38,760 bases of DNA, from contig CDMY01000632.1 of assembly GCA_001179505.1 (NCBI GenBank), forward strand, positions 1 through 38,760, in the 5' to 3' direction. Origin of the DNA: Vitrella brassicaformis CCMP3155 (lineage: Eukaryota > Protista > Chromerida). The notes beneath the pieces are model-generated. The model searched no databases and was not told the origin of the DNA. It saw only the letters and a program-made list of their open reading frames with translations. Position 1 is the stretch's first letter. Each line of letters opens with the position of its first letter. The position numbers and the translations under genes are program-made. Positions 12,611-22,465 of this stretch are shown one piece after another.

Positions 12611-15427
12611 ATGGATTGGCTGAATGATTACGGCGACGAGGGCGAGGGCAAGGACAACGGCAGGAAGGAGCAGCCAGCGGCGGAGGAGCCTTCTGCTGCA
12701 CCCGCCGCGGCTCCCGCTCCGTCAGCTCCTTCGCTGGCGGTTGTGAACGTGGCTCCTGATGTGGACACACACGAGGAGGAGAGGGTGGCCATGCACGACC
12801 CTAACGCCAAGCAGATCTACACCAATCCCACAGCCGAGTCGCTGTTCGCGCCGCTACAGGGACCTGTGCACCCGTACAAGGTGAGTCGCCGTGAGAGAAG
12901 TGTTCCTGTCTGCATCACACGCCTGCGTGTGATGTCGTGTGATGTGATGTGATACGTGTCAGGTGGACCAGTTGTATGCGGGTCATCGCAACCACCTGAC
13001 GGGTCACCTGGAGGCGCACAACCTGCCCCACTTCGCATTCCACAGGGAGTACCACACCTTCCACAGCGTCGGTGCCGCAGCCGACCCGTCGGACTACAGC
13101 ATACCGGGGGTGAGGGAGGGGACGGAGGCGATAGGGGTGTACACAGATGCAGCCAGAACTTGCTATGTGTGTGTCGTGTCCCGTTGGCAGAAGCGTCGTG
13201 TGGGTGCCATGGAGGAGCCGACAGAGGGACCCACCAACATGTATGTATGCACCGACAGACACACCGCAGACACGGAAAATGTCACCTGTACTTGCTGGTT
13301 TCAGTTTCGAGAAGGCTCAGCGGAAGGACAGCCGCAAGCGTGTCAAGAACAGCGACCCAGCGTCGGACGACTGTAAGACAAAGAAGCACGCAGGAACCGA
13401 GACAGATCGACCAGAAAAGTCCATGTATGTGTGTTCTTGTGATGTCATGCAGACTTGGGTCCCTGGGCGCCATTCGTGGGGGAGGCGGAGAGAAGGTAAA
13501 GGCACACGCGCACACCAAACGGTGGTCCAGTCCATGGCAGTTAGCCATTGTGCCGGTTGCTGTTGTCTGTATGTTTGTCCATGTAGGGAGGAGTTGATGA
13601 GGGAGGCGGAGGAGAATAAGCAGACGGTGGCTGAGATAGAGGCCGCGGCGGCCGCCTCTCGCCGCGAGAACCTCCCCGAGCCGCCGTCGGAGAGCAGCGA
13701 CAAGGGCGGGGAGCGTGTGACGTCGATCTTCCACGGCAAGTCCGAGAGGGACTACCAGGGCAGGTCGTGGATCGACCCCAAGGGCGACCAGACCATCGAA
13801 CGATCGGGGGACAAGGCCAACTACATACCCAAACAGTAAGTAGACAGACACAGAGAGGGAGGGAGGGAGGGAGGGGAACAAAGGAAAAAGTAGATGGACG
13901 AAAATGCGTGTCATGCTTTGGTTGCAGGTGCATCTACACCTACACAGGTCACACGGCGGGCGTGAATACCGTTCGGTTCTTCCCGAAGACTGGTTGGTGT
14001 ACCGTACACAAAATGAATGATGGACACTCACTCAGACAGGTCGACGCACGCCTACACTAACGTGTGGTGTGCCTGCGTGTGTTTGGATGTGCTGTGCAGG
14101 TCATCTGATGATGTCGGCCAGTATGGACACCAAGATCAAGATCTGGGACGTCTACAACCAGAGGAAGTGAGCAGTCACACACACACAACACTCACACGCA
14201 CACGCACGTGTGTGTGTGTCATGTACCCATTCGTCTCCCTCCCGTTTTGGGTATGGCATGTGTGTGTGTGTGTAGGTGCATCCGCACGTACACGGGTCAC
14301 GACAAGGCCGTGCGTGACATCCAGTTTACCAACGACGGCAGGAGGTTCTACAGGTGCGTGAAGTGCCACCATGCCATACCGACAACAAACACACCTGCAC
14401 ATCTGTCTGTCTGTCTGTCTATGGTGTGTTCAGCTGTTCGTACGACCGCAACATCAACCTGTGGGACACTGAGACGGGCAAAATCATAGGCACATTCACC
14501 AACGGCAAGGTACGGTACGCACACAAGAGAGCTGCGGACGGACATGCATAGCGAGAGACATGTGTGTTGTGAATGTGTGTGTGGGTGTGTGCAGACGCCG
14601 TATTGCGTGACGATCCACCCTGACGACGACAAGCAGAATGTGTTCTTGATCGGGTCGTCCGACAAGAAGGCCGTCCAGTTCGACGCAGACACGGGCCAGA
14701 TCACACAGGAGTACAACGAACACCTGGGGGCCGTCAACACGGTACGCCACGCATGCCTACGGAGACATCAGAGGCATGTCCATGTGCGGCATATGTGTTC
14801 ATGTGCGTGTGTGCAGGTCACGTTTGTCGATGACAACAATCTGCTGGTGACCACCTCTGACGACAAGAAGCTCTTCGTGTGGGAGTTCGGGATACCGGTG
14901 GTCGTCAAGGTGAGTAACCGTACAAGGGAGGCGAGGCTCAAGGGGGTGCTGGTGCATGGCACGAATGTTGTGTGTGTGCCCATCCCATTGCATTGCTGCA
15001 GCACATAGCTGAGCCGTTTATGCAGTCGATGCCCGCCGTCAAGGTCCACCCAAGCAAGCGATACCTTGCCTGCCAATCCATGGACAACCAGGTACGGTGG
15101 ACCACAAGACCCCCCCCCCCCCCCCCNNNNNNNNNNNNNNNNNNNNNNNNNNNNNNNNNNNNNNNNNNNNNNNNNNNNNNNNNNNNNNNNNNNNNNNNNN
15201 NNNNNNNNNNNNNNNNNNNNNNNNNNNNNNNNNNNNNNNNNNNNNNNNNNNNNNNNNNNNNNNNNNNNNNNNNNNNNNNNNNNNNNNNNNNNNNNNNNNN
15301 NNNNNNNNNNNNNNNNNNNNNNNNNNNNNNNNNNNNNNNNNNNNNNNNNNNNNNNNNNNNNNNNNNNNNNNNNNNNNNNNNNNNNNNNNNNNNNNNNNNN
15401 NNNNNNNNNNNNNNNNNNNNNNNNNNA

Positions 15428-15458
<31 letters not shown>

Positions 15459-16043
15459 AGAGAGAGAGAGGGGGGGGGGGCATTCGCATTGACGGATGCG
15501 TGTGTGCTCGCTTGTTGTGTGTATGTCAGATTGTGGTGTACGAGTGTGTGGGTCGGTTCCGCTACCAGGGCCGCAAGCGGTTCAAGGGCCACACCAACGC
15601 GGGATACGGCATTCAGCTGGACTTCTCGCCGGACGGACGATTCATCACATCGGGAGACATCAACGGTGCGAAATCAGGCCCACAGACACTCTCCACAGAA
15701 TGACCGCGGTCTTGCTTGTCTTTCCTTGCTTCAGGAAAGTTGTGGTTCTGGGACTGGAAGACCATGAAGAACTACAGGACACTCAAGGTGAACCGGGTGG
15801 CCCAAGGAAGGGAAGTCTGCATGTCGCACAGAGAGAGTCCCTCATACGTGTCTTCTCTGTGTTGTGTCAGGGTCACGACGGTGTGTGCATCGGGTGCGCG
15901 TGGCACCCCACCATGACGTCACGGGTATGGTATCACACAAGACACCTACAGACCCGCTGAGGAGGTTGCTCACGTCGTCTGATCTGTCGTGTGCACAGGT
16001 GGCCACTTGCGGATGGGACGGGCTGATCAAGTTCTGGGACTGA
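12611..16043 (+). CDS. CDC40: Pre-mRNA-processing factor 17 (WD40 second-step splicing factor)
   Basis: MDWLNDYG start, then [117 protein letters not shown], ending [14 protein letters not shown] (TGA 16041-16043). Many introns; one contains the N gap. Confidence 0.96.
15127..15426. other. Assembly gap (300 N) inside a CDC40 intron, flanked by poly-C runs
   Basis: Run of N with long C homopolymers on both sides. The exons either side (..SMDNQ | IVVYECV..) join in frame. Confidence 0.99.
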
Positions 16044-16636
16044 CTGATCGGTGCCGTCGATTTGCTTTGCATGGGTGTATCTTTGCCTTGGCCGCGAGTG
16101 CTTCTTACATGATCTGATGTATAGGACAGGACCTGCCTCCATGCCTTTTCAATGCACCACTTATCCAATGCAATGCATGTCCGCAAACGAATGCTCGTCA
16201 TTCACGACCCGTCGTCAGTTGTGTCCAATCGGCATGAAGTGTTTGCTTCTCAATATAGTAAGCCACATGTGGAAAAGGAGCGAAGTAGACTGACCAGCAA
16301 GCTTCAAGGACTGACCAGCAAGCCAGCCAGCCAGCCAGCCAGTCACACACACACACACACGCACACAATGATCTTTTGTGTCTGTCTGGGTGATGGTGGG
16401 TGTCCATCCAGGCTTTTATCTCTCTAACCTTGTCCTTCGTCTGACCGTGCGACCGATGCGGCTGGCTGATTCGTGAGGCAACACACGGGTGGCTGGACGG
16501 TGGCTGGGTGAATAATTGGCTGCATTTATGGACTCACGTGAGTACTTACTTCAAAGTGAAGTGTGTCTATGGATACACAGCAGCTCCCGAGACGCATTGA
16601 TGTTCGCACGTACGGGTCAGGACAATCAACGAATCC

Positions 16637-16662
16637 ATGAATGAATGAATGAATGAATGAAT
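16637..16662. repeat. (ATGA)n microsatellite
   Basis: atgaatgaatgaatgaatgaatgaat. Confidence 0.9.
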
Positions 16663-16710
16663 AAATGAGTGAATGAACGGGAGATGTTCGCAAGCTCCCT
16701 AGGTGCCGGC

Positions 16711-16740
16711 CCAAACCCAAACCTCAAACCCAAACCCTGA
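16711..16740 (+). promoter_or_regulatory. Telomere-like AAACCC cluster upstream of ATG 16771
   Basis: ccaaacccaaacctcaaacccaaaccctga ends 30 nt before the candidate start codon. Confidence 0.45.
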
Positions 16741-16770
16741 GCTTGCGTTTTTCTTGGTGATCTGGCGGCG

Positions 16771-17782
16771 ATGGCGGACAGGGGAGCCAAGCGGACGGCC
16801 GCAGAGGCCTTCCTGGACCAAAACGTTGAAAGTCAGCCAAACCTGCCAGAGGGATCGTCTCGCATGAAGTGCGTCTGAGGCGTCCAGTGCCACGCAGTGG
16901 ACCTGCTGCCCCCCCTCCGCCCCCTTGCCCCGCCTGGTTGTTCTGGAGAGGGCTGCTGATGTTTCTATCTCTCGAGAAATAGCTTCATCGCACCGTTGAG
17001 AACGAACCTATTCAGGTGTCACTGAACTCACCCGCCAGTTGTGCACTCATTCATTCATCTGCTGTGGACGTGTGGTGTGTGCAGATGGCTGGCACGACCG
17101 GCACATCGTTTCGTTTGATCCATCAGTCGGCCATGGTATCAACGAGGGACCGGTAAGACCAGCAGGAAGCCAAAGTTGATGCATTCAACAATAGTGGATC
17201 TTCTTGCTGTTGCAGGCTGGGAGGCGTCTGTCGCGCGACATGGTGGTCAACCAACAGGAGGAGGACGACAGTGGCGACAGCGATGAAGGTGAGTGTGCAG
17301 GCGGCCGCCTCCATCTCGGTAGGTCGGTCGGATCAATCGGTGTGTGTGGTGGTGTGCAGCGGAGGGTGTGGACGAGGATAGTGACGATGACGACGATAGC
17401 GATGAGGGACCGGTAAGACCAGCAGGAAGCCAAATTTGATGCATTTGACGATGGCGGATCTTCTTGCCGTGTGTGTGTGTGTCAGACATTGCGTGCGCCT
17501 CGTTACAAGGTCGGCACTCGTGTGTCGGTGGCGGCCGAGGAAAGGAGGGGCGACTCTGTGTGGGTGACGGCCGCTGTGTACGACACGAAGGAGACCGATG
17601 GCGGCACTGTGGTGTTCATGCGGGAGGTGGAGGGGAGGGAGGAGCTCGAGCCGGTCACCGTACCGCACCGGACCAAGCCACCACCCAAGCACAACCAAGA
17701 CCTGGTAGACACCTACACGACAGTCACACGTGCGTTGGACCTCCAGTGCGGATCCCTCACTCTCACTCTCTCTCTCTGTCTC

Positions 17783-17813
<31 letters not shown>

Positions 17814-20091
17814 GTGTGTCCACGTCAGCGAATGGGCGGCAAGACGTTTTCGTGGAAGGGCAAGATTTCGGCTGGGACCACCACCAGAGCACAGGATTCC
17901 ACACCGGTACGCACAGACAAACATGCAATCAATGCACACAGATGGACCAGCTCATGGTCATGGCATTTTTGCTGTTTGAGTTGTCTCCATCCAGGTGGTG
18001 GCTGCTGGTGGCGAGGGCGAGGGCAAGCGTAGACGTGTAGCTTTCGAACCGGCTGCTGCTGCTGCTGCTGCATCTTCCCCATCGCAGGGAAGGCGTTTGC
18101 CGCGTGAGGGCCTCATTCTCATCTCGGGCTATGGCGTCTGGCCGCTCTTCGACAACAGCATCGCCAAGGAGGCCGGGGCTCAGTGCCGCCAGCTCGACAT
18201 TGACTCCTCCCGGGCCGCCGACAGGGCCTTCTGGCAGGCGATGCCCGTCAACGTGGCCAAGAGGTGGGGCGGCCGCATGCCCAAACTCACCCGCATCTGG
18301 TGCTGTCACCCGGACGGCGAAGGCGGGTGGTGTCTGGCCGCTGTCACGGCCCTCATCGAAGGCCACACGGAGGGCCGCACAGCGATGGTCGCGGAGAAGA
18401 GAAGGGAGTCAGAGAGGCGGGGAGAGGCGTCCGACATCCCCGACGGCTCACTCACGACAATCGCCTTCGAGGCGGTTGAGCTCAGCGACGAGGACATGCT
18501 GTCCGTCCGGCGCATCAACCACCTGTCCGTCCGGCGCATCCACCCCTACCTCCCCCCTGTGTGTGCCCCGCCCCCCTCCCTCCCCGCCCTCACATCCATC
18601 AGCGGCCTCACTGCCCGCCACCGTTTCATCGGCAGCCGCCACTGGCGCGTCCCGTCGCTGGAGCGGGTGCAGGCACACGAGCACATCGACACACTGGGGC
18701 CACTCGTCGGCTCGTCGCGGTGCCTGAGGGTGTTCGACGTGCCCTCGACGGTCGGCCAGAAGGCCGAGGTGCTGCAGCAGGTGCCTGTTGCTGCAGAGGA
18801 GGGACAGCCGGGGCCGCTGGCGAACTTGGAGGATATCGGGCCGATTGAGGTTGAGGGTGACATGATGGGGAATTTGGTTGGGTGGGGGTTATGGCTGGCT
18901 ACATTCTGGCGCACTCATAGATTGCAGGTCAGGAGGCTGCTAACACGGAATGGACAACAGATGCAATGATACTGACCCATGTCATTTCCTTTCTTAGGAG
19001 CTGGAGTCGGTCCTCGTGTCACGAGGCTGTCGTCGGTCCCTCAAGTCGCTGAAGGTCAAGTTCGTCGAGCCGGCGATTGTGGGCCACATGGTCTTCGAGT
19101 TCGCCGAGGCCCTGCAGACATTCGCCAGTGCCGTGTGCGTCGACAGCGTCCCCATCAGCTTCACCGGTGCGGCTCGGGGGGATTTCCTGATGACCCTGTA
19201 CAGCTCTCTCTTCCCCGCTGCACCCTCCCCCATCCTCAAGACACTCATGCGCCAGCTGGCAGACCAGGCGACTCGGGTGACAGTGGACTTCAGGTCGTCC
19301 GACCTCGCCACCCCTCCCACACCTGCGATGCTCGACATGGCCAGAGGCCTCGCATTCAACAAGGCCACGAGTGTGCGTGTGTTCGGTGTCGACCAGCCTG
19401 CACAGGCCGCCCTCGCCCCCGCCCACCCTGCCCTCGCCCTCATCGACCAGATCCAGCCGATGCCGCAGGCGTCGGACTTGACAATCAGCAGACGCATGGC
19501 ATTGGCGGCCGGCATCCAGCTTGCCAGCAAGATGCCCAACTTGCGGGTGCTGTACATCCAGGACAGTGTGCTTATGCAAGAGGCGCTGCAGGCCATCAAG
19601 GCGATCGGGTCTGAGCGGGATCTCGACACGGTGACTGTGAGTGACATTTGGGGGGTGGGCAGCGGGGGCATCGACACAGGGGAGCATAGGGAGGGAATCC
19701 CCCAGATCACCAAACTGGTTGTCAGACTCACAGGTGGGTGGATTGCAGGGTAGGCAGCCCCACGGAGAGAGAAAGAGACACAGAGAGAGACCTGTATGTG
19801 AATGTGTGTCTGTGTTTGTGCGTCTGTGTGTCCAATCCCACATCAGTTCCTGGTGGCGTCCCCGACTTAATCGAGTTCGCCTGTTCGAGTGTGAGATCGC
19901 TGCTGCGGCTCAGGTGCAAGACGGTGGACCTCCGGCTGCATGGCCTGGACGCCCACACACGCAGCCTGCTCGAGTCTGCCGTGCCTCCACAACTTGGCAG
20001 CGGGGAGGGCACGACAATTTTGTGCTCGCAGGAGAGGGACACGTGGGACGGTGATTGTCTCAGGATCACTGCCAAGCATGACAGTGGGTAG
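16771..20091 (+). CDS. Lineage-specific hypothetical protein (acidic N-terminus, possible Tudor/SH3-like segment, F-box-like segment, degenerate repeat region); 5' end uncertain
   Basis: Large coding exons ~17994-18928 and ~18997-19733, plus a terminal exon ending ..ITAKHDSG* at 20091, join in frame through canonical sites. Upstream exons encode EEDDSGDSDE|..DEDSDDDDDSDEGP|TLRAPRYKVGTRV. The start may be ATG 16771 (MADRGAKRTAAEAF) or a later ATG; the first joins are unresolved. Confidence 0.7.
17144..17470 (+). repeat. 67-bp direct repeat (17144-17210 and 17404-17470) covering an exon end and an intron
   Basis: By manual alignment the copies differ at 7 of 67 positions and are offset by 260 nt. 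Each begins gagggaccg|gtaagaccagcaggaagccaaa. Confidence 0.95.
17783..17819. repeat. Intronic (TG)n microsatellite at a 3' splice region
   Basis: Long TG run with one interruption, just before the cacgtcag acceptor. Confidence 0.9.
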
Positions 20092-20489
20092 CTACGGGTG
20101 TGTAGCGGCGTGTGGGAATAGGACGCCTTTTCATGTGCAAGCACTCGAGAGGGAGGGGATTGGGGTGTGGATTGACTGACGTAAATGATGGTGGCTGCTC
20201 GAACGCACGTATGAGGTCATGGATGTCGCCTTTTTCGCTTGCTGGCTTGTTGGATGGATGGATGGGTCCATCTTCAATCAATAGCACAAATAGTCGTCCA
20301 GTTCCGTCTCACTCACATGAACACGACCACAAAAAATGCTGACTTGCCAAGACACGACACTGATAGATACACAACAAACCACATGCATCACTCGATAAAG
20401 GCGAGCCCCTTCCAAGGCTATCATCTCCTGCCGCAATCAACCAAGGTGTAGACCCTCCCTTCCCCACCCAGTCAGTCATCAGTCATCAG

Positions 20490-21419
20490 TCATGCTGCCG
20501 TCGTTTTGTGAAGCCTGGCCTCTAAGTGCAGGTATGGCTCCTTCTCTGTCGTGCCCATCCACACACGATAGCTCAAATCTCCACCTTCAGCCCTGATAAA
20601 CTCGCGACGCAGCGACGTGGTCCGCTTGCCCGAGGCGAGCGGCGACCGGACGATGCCCTCCACGCCCGTGGTTGACAGGCTGAGCACTCCCTCGCTCGTC
20701 ACCTTGCCCACCTCCACCTCAGAGAGGCCAAAGGGGTGGCTCAGCGACAGGTCAACAGGCACAGCTGCAAGTGACGACCCTCCAGCAGCGTCCACCAATC
20801 GCATAAAGCCGGTCTCGGTGTGCATAGGGTTGCCCTCGTGCTTGTTCGTGGTGCGGGACGTCCACCCAAACACGCCCGCCTTTGCCGTGGGCTGAATGCT
20901 CAGCACCTCGGTGTACTCCTTGGCCACCGAGCCGTCCGACTTGAACACCTTGCCCTCGCCCTCCCACACGCCTTGCAGCCACTCCACTGCGTTGGTGGTC
21001 ACAGGGACAGCCGCCGGGGTCGACATGGCGTGCTGTTGGTGGTCCTTGCCCCAGGTCCACGGCTGGAAGAGAGATGCCGTCTGCTCCAGGGCCGACCGCT
21101 GGTCCCTCACATGCGCTGCCAGCACCTTCCCAAGCCAGCTCCTCGTAGAGATGCGACCTACCGCTGGTCCGAATCCTCGAGGGAGCTTCAGCTCCACCAT
21201 CTCGTCGTCATCACCCCTCTCACCACTTGAAGGCTCACTGCTGGTCTTGTCTGCGGCCGCATGCCGAAGCACTGGAGCTGGCAGCCTCCTCTCGCGGCTG
21301 AGATGCAGTGTTGGATGAGAGAGTACGGCTTTCGAAGCCCTGGGAGTGACGATAAGGGCTTCCGAAGGTGAGAAGATCAGGGAACTCACCTGTAGCAACT
21401 TCCTGAGGCGCGATGGCAT
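20490..21419 (-). CDS. Nitrobindin / THAP4-like heme-binding beta-barrel protein (DUF1794) with N-terminal extension
   Basis: One ORF of 309 aa. The core from ATG 21026 has WLQGVWEGEG, PMHTETGF, SHPFGLSEVEVG, TSLRREF, LSYRVWMGTT and terminal HLEARL, whose His aligns with the nitrobindin heme ligand. Whether the ORF starts at 21419 is less certain. Confidence 0.88.
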   Translation of the reverse strand: MPSRLRKLLQVSSLIFSPSEALIVTPRASKAVLSHPTLHLSRERRLPAPVLRHAAADKTSSEPSSGERGDDDEMVELKLPRGFGPAVGRISTRSWLGKVLAAHVRDQRSALEQTASLFQPWTWGKDHQQHAMSTPAAVPVTTNAVEWLQGVWEGEGKVFKSDGSVAKEYTEVLSIQPTAKAGVFGWTSRTTNKHEGNPMHTETGFMRLVDAAGGSSLAAVPVDLSLSHPFGLSEVEVGKVTSEGVLSLSTTGVEGIVRSPLASGKRTTSLRREFIRAEGGDLSYRVWMGTTEKEPYLHLEARLHKTTAA

Positions 21420-21817
21420 TGACAGAGATCACGTGTGCCGAGAGGAGCGAAAGGATCTTTGGGGCGCGGGATATGGTTTCTCGGGGGATCGACGGAGAGG
21501 CGAGCTAAGCTCCTGCGACGAGGCGTGGCCCGCGTGAGTATACGAGGTGTGCGTGGCGTTTCCTGAAGGAGCATTGGAAAAGCCCTTCGCGTGAGAGAGG
21601 GATCGTCGTCGGCTGCGAGAACAGGGAGAGATCTGCGTGTTCCGCGTGGAGAGGATTGGGTGCGGTTTTGTCATCAGTGGGGACTGTGTGGTGATCCTGT
21701 TGTCACCTCCCGCTGACGTGTGAGTGACCGGTTGTCTGAGGAGCAGGCAGTCGTTCACTCGGCACCAGCCTTCCCATGTATATATTGGGAGTACTGGGAG
21801 TACTCGCCCTGTTGAGG

Positions 21818-22465
21818 ATGACGCTCGCCAACCACAGCAATGTCAGAGGTCAGCGGAGAGCATCACGACACACAAACGCATCGAAAGGGAGAGATCGGAT
21901 GGAGATGGGAGGAGAGGGTGGTGATTGAAGGTGGCTGTGGTGTGGCCTCTCGTGTGTGTGCAGGTGTCGCATCATCATCAGAGGGCGTGAGGCGCGTGTC
22001 CTCAACCCCTGCGTCAGAAGACACCTCTCTCCCATCGCTTGCCGACTTCCCCGACACACTCCCAGCGAGAAGAAGAGCACAAACAACAGGTAGCATTCCT
22101 TTCCTCTGTCTGATGTGATGTTCATCGCACTTTCCTCTGCATCTGATGCCAAATCGCCTGTCTATCCTATCAGGGGAGGAGCCGTCTGGATCGGGTATGA
22201 CTGGGGACGGTCTGACGAATAGTGTCAGTGAGTCAGAGGGGGCCACCAGTGCTGCTGCTGGGAGGCAGCGGAGCCTGGCGCGGCAGCCGTCACCGGCAGA
22301 GAGGGGGGAGGGCCACTCATCGCGATCCCACAGCCCGCCATTCAGACAACTCCAAGGTACGAAGTAGCTGACGTACGGACGGACCACCATGCAGTAGAGA
22401 GGGTCGGCAATGGTTCGTCGAGTGACGGCTTCGCTGCCTCCCAAAGCAGACTGATGGCCTCCTGA
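21818..22465 (+). CDS. Small Ser-rich low-complexity orphan protein (4 predicted exons)
   Basis: Phase-consistent GT-AG chain: MTLANHSNVR|GVASSSEG..RAQTT|GEEPSGSG..FRQLQ|VERVGNG..LMAS*. No recognisable domain; could be non-coding spliced exons. Confidence 0.4.

Noticed and set aside
14768-15767. ORFs spanning the N gap (also 36384-37051)
   Set aside because: Artefacts of translating N as X.
18994-19843. Long antisense ORFs (245 and 274 aa), and similar ones at 10493-11570 and 29879-30406
   Set aside because: These are shadow ORFs of GC-rich coding exons on the other strand or in another frame, with no motifs or splice logic of their own.
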